Source of the DNA: an uncultured Eubacteriales bacterium
GTDB lineage: Bacteria > Bacillota > Clostridia > Christensenellales > CAG-138
Length of the DNA stretch: 47,948 nucleotides
Assembly (NCBI GenBank): GCA_902794055.1
Contig: CADBGC010000001.1
Location: 1 to 47,948, forward strand
Direction of reading: 5' to 3'
The position numbers were made by a program, and so were the translations under genes. Under the pieces are notes generated by a model that saw nothing but the letters and a program-made list of their open reading frames with translations, had not been told where the DNA came from and searched no databases. This document shows positions 18,293 to 28,121 of this stretch, one piece after another. The first letter of the stretch is position 1, and every line of letters begins with the position of its first letter.

Positions 18293-19108
18293 TCAGCCGC
18301 GCTTTTTAAACAGCCTAAAGCTGTTTACGCCGTCCTCCGCGCGCTCGGTATTGCAGTAAAGCTTGAGCTCGCTGCCCGGAGCGCTCGTCTGCTTCGACTC
18401 GGCAGCCTTTGAAAGCAAAAGCCCGAGCAGAGTGTTCATAAAGGCGTTGGCGGAAGCGAGCTTTTTATCATCCAGCTCAAAAATCAGGGCGTAATCGCCG
18501 CCTTTTTCGATCGGCGGAAGCTCCCCCATAAACTCGGCGGCTCTTTGCCAGCCGCGCTTTTCATAGATAAGCTCGTGATCGCGGTCGCCCGCATAGTCAT
18601 GCGGCGGCTCCTCGCCAAAATCAAAGTCGATATCCCCGATCTGCGACAGGTCTATTCCGTCAAATGCGCCGAGCGTGCTCCCGATGATGCCTTCATACTG
18701 CTCGGCGGTGATGCCGAAATCCTCGGCGGGATCATAGCCGCGCATCTCTGCCTCGATCTGCTGCTTGATCTGTTCGATCTTCTTCTTTATGTCGTTCATT
18801 TCGGTTCGATACGACTCTCGGATGCTTTGAATTTCGGCGAGCCTCGCCTCCGCCTCCGCAAGCTTTTCATCGAAGGCGGCAAGGATCGCGCGATCATCCT
18901 TTTCGATCAGATTTTTTATCTCCTCTATCGTGAAACCCGCCCGCTGAAGGTTCTTTATCCTCACGAAATCGGCGGCCTGCTCCTCGCTGTAATGGCGATA
19001 GCCGCTGTTTTCATCCACCCGCGCAGGCTTTAAAAGCCCAACGCTGTCATAGTAGCGAAGCGTTTGCGGCTTTGCACCGCAGAGAAGCGAAAAATCCTTG
19101 ATGGTCAT
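18293..19108 (-). CDS. MerR-family transcriptional regulator with a C-terminal effector-like domain
   Basis: N-terminal IKDFSLLCGAKPQTLRYYDSVGLLKP...GYRHYSEEQ is a MerR HTH, followed by a coiled-coil dimerisation helix. Confidence 0.8.
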   Translation of the reverse strand: MTIKDFSLLCGAKPQTLRYYDSVGLLKPARVDENSGYRHYSEEQAADFVRIKNLQRAGFTIEEIKNLIEKDDRAILAAFDEKLAEAEARLAEIQSIRESYRTEMNDIKKKIEQIKQQIEAEMRGYDPAEDFGITAEQYEGIIGSTLGAFDGIDLSQIGDIDFDFGEEPPHDYAGDRDHELIYEKRGWQRAAEFMGELPPIEKGGDYALIFELDDKKLASANAFMNTLLGLLLSKAAESKQTSAPGSELKLYCNTERAEDGVNSFRLFKKRG

Positions 19109-19196
19109 ATCTTTTTACCTCCTTATGGCGCAAGCATATCATTACAGCGCACTTTAAGGTCAAGAGGGTCGCATCCGAAAAATAGAATATATTTTT

Positions 19197-19262
19197 AGAA
19201 ATTCCTTTGGAATTTCTTCCTCAACTATTCACTCTTCACTATTCACCCTTCACTATTCACTA
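19197..19262 (+). repeat. composite intergenic repeat, copy B (hairpin 1 plus heptad array, no hairpin 2)
   Basis: GAAATTCC-TTT-GGAATTTC (19198-19216), then CTATTCA CTCTTCA CTATTCA CCCTTCA CTATTCA CTA, ending 5 nt before the stop of the next minus-strand gene. Confidence 0.75.
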
Positions 19263-19267
19263 AAATC

Positions 19268-20626
19268 TCAATCCTCCCCGTCCGAATACTCCTCGCGGCT
19301 CAATGCCTCGAACCGTTCGCGCATGGTGGGGCTGTTTTTCGTCAGCTTCTTTATCGAAAGATCCTGCGCCTTGTCGTTTGCAAGCCTCAAATTATTCTCG
19401 CTCGAAAGCAGCGCCGCCTTGGTCTTTTGCAGATGGTCGATCGTTTTGTCGATCTCGTCTATCGCAGTTTGGAACTTTTCGCTCGCAAGGCGGTAGTTCC
19501 TGCCGAATTTATCCTTAAAGGCGTTCATTTCGTTCTCAAAATTGGTGATATCTATGCTCTGGCTTCTTGCGACCGCAAGCTGCTGCTTATATGAAAGCGC
19601 ATTTTTCGCGGCATTCCGAAGCAGCGATATCATCGGGATGAAGAACTGCGGGCGGATAACGTACATCTTTTCGTATCTATACGAAACGTCAACTATGCCC
19701 GCATTGTAAAGCTCGCTGTCCGCCTCAAGCAGCGACACCAGCACCGCATATTCGCAGCCCTTTTCGCGGCGATCCTTATCCAGCTTTTTGAAGAAATCCT
19801 CGTTCTTATGCTTCTTTTCCGTCTCGTCCAGCTCGTTTTTCATTTCAAACATGATTGAAAGAAGCTCCGAGCCGTCCTCGGCGGTCTCGCGGAAGATATA
19901 GTCGCCCTTCGTGCCGCTCGAAGCATCATTATCCTTTTCGAAATACGCGCCCGGGAACGCCACGGCGCGCAGCTTGTTGAACTCGGTCTCGCAGTGCTGC
20001 TCAAGCGTTTCGCCCACCATCTTGGTGGACTGCTTTGCCTTGAGGTCCTTATAAAAATCTATCTGCACGTCCTTACTTTTGAGCTCCTGCGCGTGCCGCT
20101 CCTGTATATTCTTTTCCTTGAGCTCATTTTCCTTTTTCTCAAGCGCAAGATCGTTTCTAAGCTTCTGTATCTCGCTGTTCTTCTCGCTCAGCGCGGCGGC
20201 GATGCGCGTTTCCGCTTCCCGCTGCTCCGCTTCGAGCTTTCCGCTGAGGCGCTCTATCTCGCGCTCCTTCTCGGAAAGAAGCTTCTCCTGCGCTGCGGCA
20301 AGGCGTATCCTTTCCGCGTCGCGTTCGGCTTCAAGGCGGTTCTTTTCGGCCTCGGCTTCGGCGGCAATGCGCTGCTTTTCGGCCTCGCGCTCGGCGGTCA
20401 AGACCGCAAGCTTCTGCTTCAGCGCCGCGATCTCGCCCTCCTTCTTGGTCTCCGCCTCGCTGACGGCAAGCTTAACGGCGCTCTCCTTCGCATCGGTAAG
20501 CGCCTTCTCCTGCTTTTCGACTTCCTTTTGAAACTCCTTATCGCGCACCTGCTTGACTATCGCGGCATAGCCCGCCTCGTCCACCTGAAAAACTTCGCCG
20601 CACTTGGGGCATTTTATCTGCTGCAT
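19268..20626 (-). CDS. DUF2130-like protein: CxxC knuckle, long coiled coil, C-terminal PD-(D/E)xK-like domain
   Basis: ATG 20626 ([13 protein letters not shown]) lies 7 nt after GGAGGA. About 180 aa of Glu/Lys/Ala-rich heptads, then GDYIFRE...FEMKNE. Confidence 0.6.
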   Translation of the reverse strand: MQQIKCPKCGEVFQVDEAGYAAIVKQVRDKEFQKEVEKQEKALTDAKESAVKLAVSEAETKKEGEIAALKQKLAVLTAEREAEKQRIAAEAEAEKNRLEAERDAERIRLAAAQEKLLSEKEREIERLSGKLEAEQREAETRIAAALSEKNSEIQKLRNDLALEKKENELKEKNIQERHAQELKSKDVQIDFYKDLKAKQSTKMVGETLEQHCETEFNKLRAVAFPGAYFEKDNDASSGTKGDYIFRETAEDGSELLSIMFEMKNELDETEKKHKNEDFFKKLDKDRREKGCEYAVLVSLLEADSELYNAGIVDVSYRYEKMYVIRPQFFIPMISLLRNAAKNALSYKQQLAVARSQSIDITNFENEMNAFKDKFGRNYRLASEKFQTAIDEIDKTIDHLQKTKAALLSSENNLRLANDKAQDLSIKKLTKNSPTMRERFEALSREEYSDGED

Positions 20627-20806
20627 ATACTTATCCTCCGTAAAAATATCCATCGTTTCGTTTTCTGCGCTCCGCACCGTTTCCGAAGCAAAAACCCATC
20701 ATTTATATACTACCACAAGTTCGTGCGGCAGTAAACAGAATAAGCGAAAATGAATAAAAAGAAAAAGCGGAAATCCGCTCGTTATCCTCGTTATGAAAAG
20801 CCCTGC

Positions 20807-21088
20807 TCAACCCTTTTTAAGCAGCCTCCGCACCTCCTGTATACTGCGCTCTGCGCTGTCGAGCGCGTTTATAACGCTTTGCGTATCCACAAGGTTGTTT
20901 TCGGTTCGCCCCAAGAGATAATCTGCGGTCACGCCGAAGAAATCCGCAAGCTTGAGGATCGCGGAGCTGTCCGGATTGGTTTTGCCCGTTTCATAGTTTG
21001 AAAGCGTTTTTTGATCTATACCCGTAGCGGCGGCAACGTCAATCTGCCGAAGATCGCGATCCTCGCGCAGCGCTCTTATTCTGTTCAT
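20807..21088 (-). CDS. XRE-family (Cro/CI-type HTH) transcriptional regulator
   Basis: 93 aa. LRQIDVAAATGIDQKTLSNYETGKTNP is an HTH_3 motif. GGAGGTG SD 5 nt upstream. Confidence 0.85.
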   Translation of the reverse strand: MNRIRALREDRDLRQIDVAAATGIDQKTLSNYETGKTNPDSSAILKLADFFGVTADYLLGRTENNLVDTQSVINALDSAERSIQEVRRLLKKG

Positions 21089-21111
21089 AAAAACACCTCC
21101 GATACAAGTTT

Positions 21112-21135
21112 GGTATATTTCAACTGAATTATACC
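21112..21135. promoter_or_regulatory. inverted repeat overlapping the putative xre -10 (candidate autoregulatory operator)
   Basis: GGTATA-N12-TATACC. The minus-strand TGG TATAAT lies at 21136-21128. Confidence 0.4.
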
Positions 21136-21155
21136 AAAAAATTTCTATAAAAAGC

Positions 21156-21184
21156 TTGCAACAGGAAAATATTCGTGGTATAAT
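21156..21184 (+). promoter_or_regulatory. promoter of the divergent three-gene operon
   Basis: TTGCAA (21156-21161), a 17-nt spacer, then TGG TATAAT (21176-21184). Confidence 0.65.
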
Positions 21185-21189
21185 GCGTT

Positions 21190-21209
21190 TATACTAAAAA
21201 ATTAGTATA
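21190..21209. promoter_or_regulatory. perfect palindromic operator at the predicted TSS
   Basis: TATACTAA-AAAA-TTAGTATA has 8-bp perfect arms and starts 6 nt after the -10. Confidence 0.55.
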
Positions 21210-21235
21210 AATTAATTGTCACAGGAGGACACGGT

Positions 21236-21577
21236 ATGTTTTTTGCAGGGCTATGCCTTTTCTGCTTATCGTTGCCGATTTCCATCAGCATGATAAAAAG
21301 CTTGGATTTGATAAACAAGCATCCTTACACCTACCGACTGGCAAACGGCCTTACCAAGGAAACGGTCGAGGTTCTCGCGTTTCTATTTCCAATACTCGCT
21401 ATAGTCAGCATCGTTTTGATGGTTTTCGGCTGGATAAAACGAAGAAACAAGGCTTCACTGGATTCCATTGTCAACGGAGAGAAGCAAAATTACTGCGAAA
21501 GCTGTAAAATCAATGTTTCAGAACAGCACTCAGCCTGCCCCGTTTGCGGCAAATCATTAAAGAATAAAGGAGAATGA
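21236..21577 (+). CDS. small 2-TM membrane protein with a C-terminal zinc ribbon
   Basis: 113 aa with AGGAGG SD. Two hydrophobic helices, then CESC...CPVC. Confidence 0.5.
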   Translation: MFFAGLCLFCLSLPISISMIKSLDLINKHPYTYRLANGLTKETVEVLAFLFPILAIVSIVLMVFGWIKRRNKASLDSIVNGEKQNYCESCKINVSEQHSACPVCGKSLKNKGE

Positions 21578-21580
21578 CAC

Positions 21581-21892
21581 ATGGCACGCACAACAGTAAA
21601 GGTAAAATACTCAAGCTTTGATGGCCTGCAGAACAAGATTTCTGCACTGCTTTCAAGCAAGGGCTACAAAAACATTAACGAGAACAACGAGGATGTTTGG
21701 AAAAATGGAATGGGTTTTCTAACCGCTATGAAATACATAAAGATCGAGTTCGCCGAAAACAACACACTTGTTATCTCCGGCTGGTGCAGAGCCATGGCGG
21801 GCGGCGAAATGGATCTGAATGGTGTGGTCGGCGCTCTGCCTAAAAAGCAGGTAATGAACGTTATAAAGGAACTGCAGGCGATCGTAAAATAA
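21581..21892 (+). CDS. hypothetical 103-aa soluble protein
   Basis: AAGGAG SD overlaps the preceding stop. No motif recognised. Confidence 0.5.
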   Translation: MARTTVKVKYSSFDGLQNKISALLSSKGYKNINENNEDVWKNGMGFLTAMKYIKIEFAENNTLVISGWCRAMAGGEMDLNGVVGALPKKQVMNVIKELQAIVK

Positions 21893-21940
21893 CGCCTTTT
21901 GCTTTGGAAGAAAACAACGATATTCTATGGAGGTAACAGA

Positions 21941-22957
21941 ATGAAGAAAATTGCATCGCTTATCATCGCCGCCGCATTTATGCTGGTCGGTTTCGCGGCA
22001 TTGGGCGGCATAACTGCTGCCGCAGATTCATCGGTTCCATCCGGCTATGCTCCGAATGATTTTTTAAAGCTCCGCGCTTTCCTTGAAACCATGGATGCAA
22101 ACGGAGTTAAAAACGGCGAAAAGCTCTGCAGTGAGTTTGGCACAGAATATGATTCCGATGATCCCGAAACATGGGGAAATGTTGAAGAACATGATGGAGT
22201 TTATGGCGAGGTATTGTGGCTTACCGGAGATGACGGGCTTCGACACGCAGAATGGATTTTCTTCGGATATCTCGATCTTTTCGGCGAACTCGATTTGAGC
22301 GGGTTCGATCATCTGAAATATGTCAATATTTCGGCCAATCGTATAACTGCCGTTGATCTTGAAGGTGCATCGGCGATCGAGTCCTTCGTGTGCGATGAAA
22401 ACCCCATCGGCTTCATCAATTGGAATAACACCGCAGAGAACGTATCTATCAAACTTTCCGCTGAGAACGGATATGTTAATACTTATTATGAATGGAAGGA
22501 AGACTTTGCAAATTTTCCCTGTGCTTGGCGCGCGAAAGCATGGAATGAAGGTGATGCTCGGTTTATCGGATGGTATGATGCTGACGGAAATTGCATTTCG
22601 AGTGAACAGGAATATGAAATCTGTGAAACATGGGCAGGAGAGGATAATGCCGGAGCACCTGCCGACGTTCAGCTTGACCTGACTGCTCGATTTGAATCGA
22701 CCGTGCAGCCCACGGAAGAGCCCACAGCAGCGCCCGTCGAGCCCACCACGGCACCCGCCGAGCCCACTGCGGCACCCGCCGAACCTACTGCTGCGCCCGC
22801 TGAACCCACCGCTGCGCCCGCTGTACCAACCGTTGCCCCCACCGATGCTCCGAAGCCACCGAATACCGGGATGGTCGCGCTTTCAGCAGTCGGTATTCTC
22901 GCAGCAGCAACAGGGGTGATCGTTGGAGTTCGCGCCGCAAAGAAAAACAGAGCTTAA
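21941..22957 (+). CDS. sortase-anchored surface protein with an LRR-like region and an EPTAAPA repeat stalk
   Basis: ATG 21941 (MKKIASLII) follows GGAGG. Signal peptide, LDLSGFDHLKYVNISANRITAVDL LRR-like segment, 6 x 21-nt EPTAAPA units, and a C-terminal PPNTG + TM + KKNRA, matching the (S/P)PxTG sorting signal known for clostridial sortase B. Confidence 0.7.
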   Translation: MKKIASLIIAAAFMLVGFAALGGITAAADSSVPSGYAPNDFLKLRAFLETMDANGVKNGEKLCSEFGTEYDSDDPETWGNVEEHDGVYGEVLWLTGDDGLRHAEWIFFGYLDLFGELDLSGFDHLKYVNISANRITAVDLEGASAIESFVCDENPIGFINWNNTAENVSIKLSAENGYVNTYYEWKEDFANFPCAWRAKAWNEGDARFIGWYDADGNCISSEQEYEICETWAGEDNAGAPADVQLDLTARFESTVQPTEEPTAAPVEPTTAPAEPTAAPAEPTAAPAEPTAAPAVPTVAPTDAPKPPNTGMVALSAVGILAAATGVIVGVRAAKKNRA

Positions 22958-23032
22958 TAAATTGGCATACACGATGAGGCTGCCGTTATAAGCCGGAATA
23001 ATATTGCTTCAAGATGACCACTTCCTGCCAAC

Positions 23033-23073
23033 GGGAGCCGTATGCGGAATACTGCACACGGCTCCCATTTTTT
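23033..23073 (+). terminator. terminator of the surface-protein operon
   Basis: GGGAGCCGT (23033-23041) pairs with ACGGCTCCC (23058-23066), followed by ATTTTTT. Confidence 0.65.
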
Positions 23074-25060
23074 ACCCTATCAATCTCGCCGCTGCGTTCA
23101 CCGCCGCCAGTATCACCAGCCCCACGACCGTCGGCAGCGCGATCCCGAGCAGCATCCATTTCACGCCGCCCGCTTCCTTTTTTATCGTTAGGCAGGTGGT
23201 GGAGCAGGGCCAATGAAAGAGCGTGAACAGGATCACGGCAAGGAAGGTCGCCGCGCTCCAGCCGTTTGCGGTCAGTATCGAGAAAAGCTCCGGGCCGCCC
23301 GCGCTTTCCGCCAGCACGCCGCCGCCCGTGTAGATCATAAGCAGTATCGGCAGCACTATCTCATTCGCGGGAAAGCCGAGGATGAATGCGGCGAGTATTG
23401 CCCCGTCCAGCCCGAAAAGCCGCGCAAAAGGATCGAGCAGGGCGCGGAATTCGGAAAGCAGAGTGCCGCCGCCGAGCCTAATATTCGCCGCCGCAAAGAG
23501 GATGAGCCCCGCAGGAGCGGCAACGATCGCGGCGCGGGCGAGCACGTGCAGCGTTCGATCGAGCATACTGCGAATGAGCACCTGCGCTATCTTGGGCGGG
23601 CGGTAGGGCGGCAGCTCCATCAAAAACGACGAAGCTTCGCCGCGAAAAAGCGTTTTTGAAAGCAGTTTTGTAACCGCGAGCGAAACGCCGACCGCAAGCA
23701 CTATCAGCGCAGCGAGCACCGCCGCAGAGCCGAGAGAAGATGCCGCGCCCCCGCCCGCAAGCAGCAGCGAAGCGAGCGTTATCAGCAGCGGAAAGCGCCC
23801 GTTGCAGGGCACGAAGCTGTTTGTGAGCATCGCCGCAAGCCTCTCGCGCCGACTTGAGATTATGCGGCAGCCCACCACGCCCGCCGCGTTGCACCCGAAG
23901 CCCATCGAGATCGTCAGCGCCTGCTTGCCGCAGGAGCCGCAGCGGGCGAAGCAGCGGTCGAGGCAGAACGCCGCGCGGGGAAGGTAGCCGAGATCCTCAA
24001 GCAGCGTGAAAAGCGGAAAGAAGATCGCCATCGGCGGCAGCATCACCGCCACCACCCAAGCGAGCGTGCGAAACATTCCGAACGCAAGCGCATCGCGAAG
24101 CCATGGGGCAACCCTTAGCCAATCAAGCATCCGTATCAACAGTTTTTCCGCCCACGAAAAGGCGGAGAACAGCAGCTCGCTCGGGCGGTTCGCGCCGATT
24201 ATCGTGATATAGAAAACGAGCATCAGAAGCAGAAACATTATCGGAAACGCCGTCCATTTCCCCGCTGCGATCCTATCGAGCCGCGCGGTCAGGCTCCCCC
24301 TTCCCGCCTTTTTCGAGCTTTCGCCGCCATCGCCCGAAGTTTTCCGCACCGCCCCCCAAATCAGCCGCGAGCACTCCCTTTGGCAGGCTATCGCGGCGGC
24401 TTCGTTTTCGCCGCTCTCTGCGTTCTCCCTTGGAAGAAAAGCCGCGCAGCGCACCTGCGTTTTTTGCGCCGTTTCGGTGTCGTTTTCGCCGTTCATCACT
24501 TGAAAAACTGCCTCCGTCAGCGCGGAGAGCCCGATGCCATTTCGCGCCGAGCAGGGAACGACCGGAACGCCGAGCCGCGCCGAAAGCAGGGCGTGATCGA
24601 CCGAAATTCCGCTCCTTTCGGCCTCGTCGATAAGGTTCAGGCAGATAACGACCTTCGGCGTTAGCGCAAGCACCTGCAAGGCAAGCGGCAGGCTCGATTC
24701 AAGGCTTGCGGCGTTCACGACTGCGACCACGGCTTCGGGCGCGCTTTTAATTAGGAAATCCCGCGCGATACCCTCCTCAAACGATGCAGGATCGAGGCTT
24801 CGGCAGCCGGGCAGATCGACGAGCAGCAGCTTTTTCTCCGCTTCCCCCTCCCTTGCGCGGCAAACGCCGCTTGCAAGCGAAACGGTTTTGCCGCTCCAGT
24901 TGCCCGTGTGCTGCTTGAGCCCCGTAAGCGCATTAAAAACCGTGCTTTTGCCAACGTTCGCCTTACCCGCAAGCGCGATAACGGGCAGCTTCTCGGGGTT
25001 TTCAAGCGTTTCAAATTCGCGCATCGCGCCGCGCCCCGCGGAGAAGGAAGTCAGACCCAT
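23072..25060 (-). CDS. feoB: ferrous iron transporter FeoB
   Basis: 662 aa. N-terminal G-domain (GKANVGKSTVFNALTG, DLPG) followed by a polytopic membrane domain. ATG 25060 lies 7 nt after GGAGG and overlaps the feoA end. Confidence 0.9.
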   Translation of the reverse strand: MGLTSFSAGRGAMREFETLENPEKLPVIALAGKANVGKSTVFNALTGLKQHTGNWSGKTVSLASGVCRAREGEAEKKLLLVDLPGCRSLDPASFEEGIARDFLIKSAPEAVVAVVNAASLESSLPLALQVLALTPKVVICLNLIDEAERSGISVDHALLSARLGVPVVPCSARNGIGLSALTEAVFQVMNGENDTETAQKTQVRCAAFLPRENAESGENEAAAIACQRECSRLIWGAVRKTSGDGGESSKKAGRGSLTARLDRIAAGKWTAFPIMFLLLMLVFYITIIGANRPSELLFSAFSWAEKLLIRMLDWLRVAPWLRDALAFGMFRTLAWVVAVMLPPMAIFFPLFTLLEDLGYLPRAAFCLDRCFARCGSCGKQALTISMGFGCNAAGVVGCRIISSRRERLAAMLTNSFVPCNGRFPLLITLASLLLAGGGAASSLGSAAVLAALIVLAVGVSLAVTKLLSKTLFRGEASSFLMELPPYRPPKIAQVLIRSMLDRTLHVLARAAIVAAPAGLILFAAANIRLGGGTLLSEFRALLDPFARLFGLDGAILAAFILGFPANEIVLPILLMIYTGGGVLAESAGGPELFSILTANGWSAATFLAVILFTLFHWPCSTTCLTIKKEAGGVKWMLLGIALPTVVGLVILAAVNAAARLIG

Positions 25061-25365
25061 GTTTGCGCCTCCTCTCCATGCTCCGCCGCATCGGTTTCTT
25101 CACAGGCTGTCGAAACGATGATCTTGTCCGCATCGGCGTTTCTTATCGCCGTCACCGCGCCGCACACGAGATAGCCCGAAGGATCGCCGAGCGGGCTTTC
25201 AAGCACCTTGACGGCGCGCTCCCCCTCAAAAAAGCCCAGCTCCACAAGCCGCCGCCGAAGCTCGCCCGTGGCTTCCAGAGCCGTTATCCTCGCCGAAGCG
25301 CCGAGCGCAAGCTCGCTCATGCGCCGTTCACCCGCTTTCTCGCCTTCTCCCCGTTTTTTACCCAT
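25051..25365 (-). CDS. feoA: FeoA-family protein (with a short Lys/Gly/Glu N-terminal extension)
   Basis: LGASARITALEATGELRRRLVELGFFEGERAVKV is a FeoA SH3-like core. GGAGGG SD 5 nt before ATG 25365. Confidence 0.75.
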   Translation of the reverse strand: MGKKRGEGEKAGERRMSELALGASARITALEATGELRRRLVELGFFEGERAVKVLESPLGDPSGYLVCGAVTAIRNADADKIIVSTACEETDAAEHGEEAQTWV

Positions 25366-25433
25366 CTTCGCCCTCCAATGCCCGTTTCTGCCATAATATG
25401 CGGGGAAAGCGGACGAGGTTACAATATAAAGAA

Positions 25434-25460
25434 AAAACGCTTCGACTTGCTCAGCGTTTT
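25434..25460. terminator. bidirectional hairpin terminator after padR
   Basis: AAAACGCT (25434-25441) pairs with AGCGTTTT (25453-25460), with A/T tracts on both sides. It abuts the padR stop. Confidence 0.55.
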
Positions 25461-25462
25461 TC

Positions 25463-25795
25463 TTATTCCATCAGTTCTTTGAATATCTCCGATATCTCCG
25501 CATATTCCTTTCGCGTTTTCTCAAGGTATTCGCGCCCCTCCCGCGTTATCGAATAATAGCTTCTTGCGCGCCCCTCGGCGACCTCGGTGGACGATATCTC
25601 GATATAGCCCTGCTCCTCAAGGCGGTACAGCACGGGGTAGAGTATGGAAATCGTGTAGCGCCCTTCGCTTTTTTCCTTCAGCGTGGCGGATATCTCATAG
25701 CCGTACATCGGCCTTTCCGAAAGAAAGCGCAGCACAACGAGCGGGCTTGTGGCCCGCTTGAAATACGATATAAAGGAATGACCTGTATCGGGCAT
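25463..25795 (-). CDS. PadR-family transcriptional regulator
   Basis: 110 aa. LVVLRFLSERPMYGYEI...YPVLYRLEEQGYI...YYSITREGREYL is a winged-helix PadR signature. Confidence 0.85.
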   Translation of the reverse strand: MPDTGHSFISYFKRATSPLVVLRFLSERPMYGYEISATLKEKSEGRYTISILYPVLYRLEEQGYIEISSTEVAEGRARSYYSITREGREYLEKTRKEYAEISEIFKELME

Positions 25796-25951
25796 CCTCT
25801 AATCCTCCGTTTGCCGCAGCGCGGCATTTTCTTATATTTTCAAGCCATATTATAACACAAATTTTGATTTTATCAATATATAGCATTGACAAATATAAAG
25901 GGTATGTGATAAACTTGAAGCAAACAAACGGTAAAAAAGGAGGTTCGCCCC

Positions 25952-28120
25952 TTGGATATTGCAAAAAGACTGTTTAGAAGACCCGTTTCAACGGCGGTTT
26001 GGGTCGCCGTGCTGACGCTTGCCGCGCTGCTTATCGGCGTTGGCGCATCGGTGCTGCACGCCGCGCACGCCATGCGCGAAAAGCTCGACTCCAAGCAAAC
26101 GACCATCGCCGTTCACAGGCTCCCTCGTGAACAAAACGAAGACGGCACCTTTACCACCACCGGCGACCTTCAAAGCTGCCCTCTGTTCGACGAGGATATT
26201 GCCTATCTTCGTTCGCTGCCGCAGGTGAAGGATATCGACCTGCGCTATCTTTCGGGCGCATATCTCGAGGGCGTTTACACGAAGCTCGGCCTCACCGATT
26301 TCTTCGGAATGAAGCAAGACAACGGCTTGGGGGTGAACGACGGCAGCAACGGCGTGGTGCTGATCGGCGAGGTCGAAAGCGCCTTCACTCTGAATTTCGG
26401 CAGCGTAACGCGCTACGATCTTTCCGCGTTCGGGCTTGGAAGCTCTGTTGGCCAAAGATACAACTGCGCCATCCTCCGCGTTGAGGATGCGCTCGCCATT
26501 CACCCCGATTACCCGATTTACGCGCGGTATGACGGCGATGATGACTACACGGGCAGAGTTACGCTTATGTTCCCCGCCTTCGGCGACGGCAGGACCTCCT
26601 TCTTCAAGGTCGGCAAGCGCTACGCGGTGCGCGGCGCTTACGATCCCGATCCTGCCGGATGGGGTGAGGATTATCCCGTCAACGAGCCGGTTTGCCCGAA
26701 TGTCAATCTTATAAACGATGGCTTTTTAAGCGCATTTATCGAGGGCGATTCCCTCGCCTGTTATCGCGATATCGAAGCTGAGATTGTTAATATGATAGAT
26801 CCTTTCACCGGCGAGATCAGCTTAGGCCATATCACCCCCGTTCTTTCAAGGGGTGAGCGCGTGCCCGTTGCCGTGGAATGGAACGGCACCGCCGATGAGC
26901 TTGCAAAGGACGAGGTTTGGGGAAAATTCATCGAAGAATACCGTATGGCGCAGTGCTCATTCCCCGTGCTCGGAACTAACCGCCTTGAAAGCATGTATTC
27001 CTTCGTTCAAAACGAGGCGAGCATAGTTCAGGGTCGAAGCTTCACCAAGGATGAGTACGATACAGGCGCGAAGGTGCTGGTGATGGACGAAGGCGCGGCG
27101 GTCAAGGCCGGGCTCTCCGTGGGCGACAAGGTTTCCCTGAAGCAGTTCCGCCCCGCCATCGGCTACGATGAGGGCAATCAATCCTTCCATAACGACTTCT
27201 ACTCTGCATCCGATGAATATAACAACCCAACGCTCGGCAGCAATGTGTTCTTCCACGGCCTGCCCGAGGGCGAGGCGGAGGAATTCACGATAGTCGGCCT
27301 TTACCGCATCGAAAACGAGTGGAAGGATGCCCTTTGCTCCTTCACGCCAAACACGCTGTTCATGCCCCGCGCGGCGCAGACGGAGCTTGCCTGCGGCGGC
27401 CCGTCGAAGAATCTCGGCGCTGAGCCCATCTCCCAATTCGATGCGGAAGGAAACGAGACCCAATTGATGCTGCCACGGCTCGAGATGGGCGGAGTTTGCG
27501 GCGTTTATATGTCCATAATACTCAAAAACGGCAGTATGAACGAGTTTCTTGAAAGGCTCGAGGCCGACTGCGAGTATGAGAATATTCCGTTTGGCGAGGA
27601 TGGGTACTTTGTAAAGCGAGTAAAGGGGCTGAACAGCAAAACCTTCTTCTGCTTCGATCAGGGCTACGAGGCGGTCAAAGCCTCCGTTGAGGGCGTTTGG
27701 GCATCCGCGCTGAAGCTGCTCGGTATGACGAGCGCGCTTGCGCTGCTGCTGTTCATCGCGTATCTGCTTCTGTATCAGGCGCCGGAGCGAAGAACGCTCG
27801 GCATAATGCGCTCGCTCGGCGCAAAACCGCAGCGCACAAGGCGGTATCTTTTCATAAGCGGGCTTGTGCTCGCCGCTGTCGGAATAGCCATCGGCACGGC
27901 GCTCTCGGCGGCGTTCGCAAATCTTATAGCGGATAAGCTTGCCGGAGCCGTGATGGGCGAGAACGCCGAGCTTATGCGCGAATCGCTCGCCGGGGACAGG
28001 CTTCCCTCTTGGCTATACGCGCTGATCGCGCTTATCGAGCTGATAATCGCCGCCGTTCTGCTCCATGCACACGCGGCGCACCTATCGAAAAAGGAGCCGA
28101 GAAAGCTGCTGGTGAAATGA
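25952..28120 (+). CDS. FtsX/MacB-type ABC transporter permease with a large extracytoplasmic domain
   Basis: 722 aa. TTG start 8 nt after AAGGAGG. N-terminal TM helix, ~550-aa ectodomain and a C-terminal FtsX-like 3-TM bundle (LGIMRSLGA). Confidence 0.7.
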   Translation: MDIAKRLFRRPVSTAVWVAVLTLAALLIGVGASVLHAAHAMREKLDSKQTTIAVHRLPREQNEDGTFTTTGDLQSCPLFDEDIAYLRSLPQVKDIDLRYLSGAYLEGVYTKLGLTDFFGMKQDNGLGVNDGSNGVVLIGEVESAFTLNFGSVTRYDLSAFGLGSSVGQRYNCAILRVEDALAIHPDYPIYARYDGDDDYTGRVTLMFPAFGDGRTSFFKVGKRYAVRGAYDPDPAGWGEDYPVNEPVCPNVNLINDGFLSAFIEGDSLACYRDIEAEIVNMIDPFTGEISLGHITPVLSRGERVPVAVEWNGTADELAKDEVWGKFIEEYRMAQCSFPVLGTNRLESMYSFVQNEASIVQGRSFTKDEYDTGAKVLVMDEGAAVKAGLSVGDKVSLKQFRPAIGYDEGNQSFHNDFYSASDEYNNPTLGSNVFFHGLPEGEAEEFTIVGLYRIENEWKDALCSFTPNTLFMPRAAQTELACGGPSKNLGAEPISQFDAEGNETQLMLPRLEMGGVCGVYMSIILKNGSMNEFLERLEADCEYENIPFGEDGYFVKRVKGLNSKTFFCFDQGYEAVKASVEGVWASALKLLGMTSALALLLFIAYLLLYQAPERRTLGIMRSLGAKPQRTRRYLFISGLVLAAVGIAIGTALSAAFANLIADKLAGAVMGENAELMRESLAGDRLPSWLYALIALIELIIAAVLLHAHAAHLSKKEPRKLLVK

Positions 28121-28121
28121 T

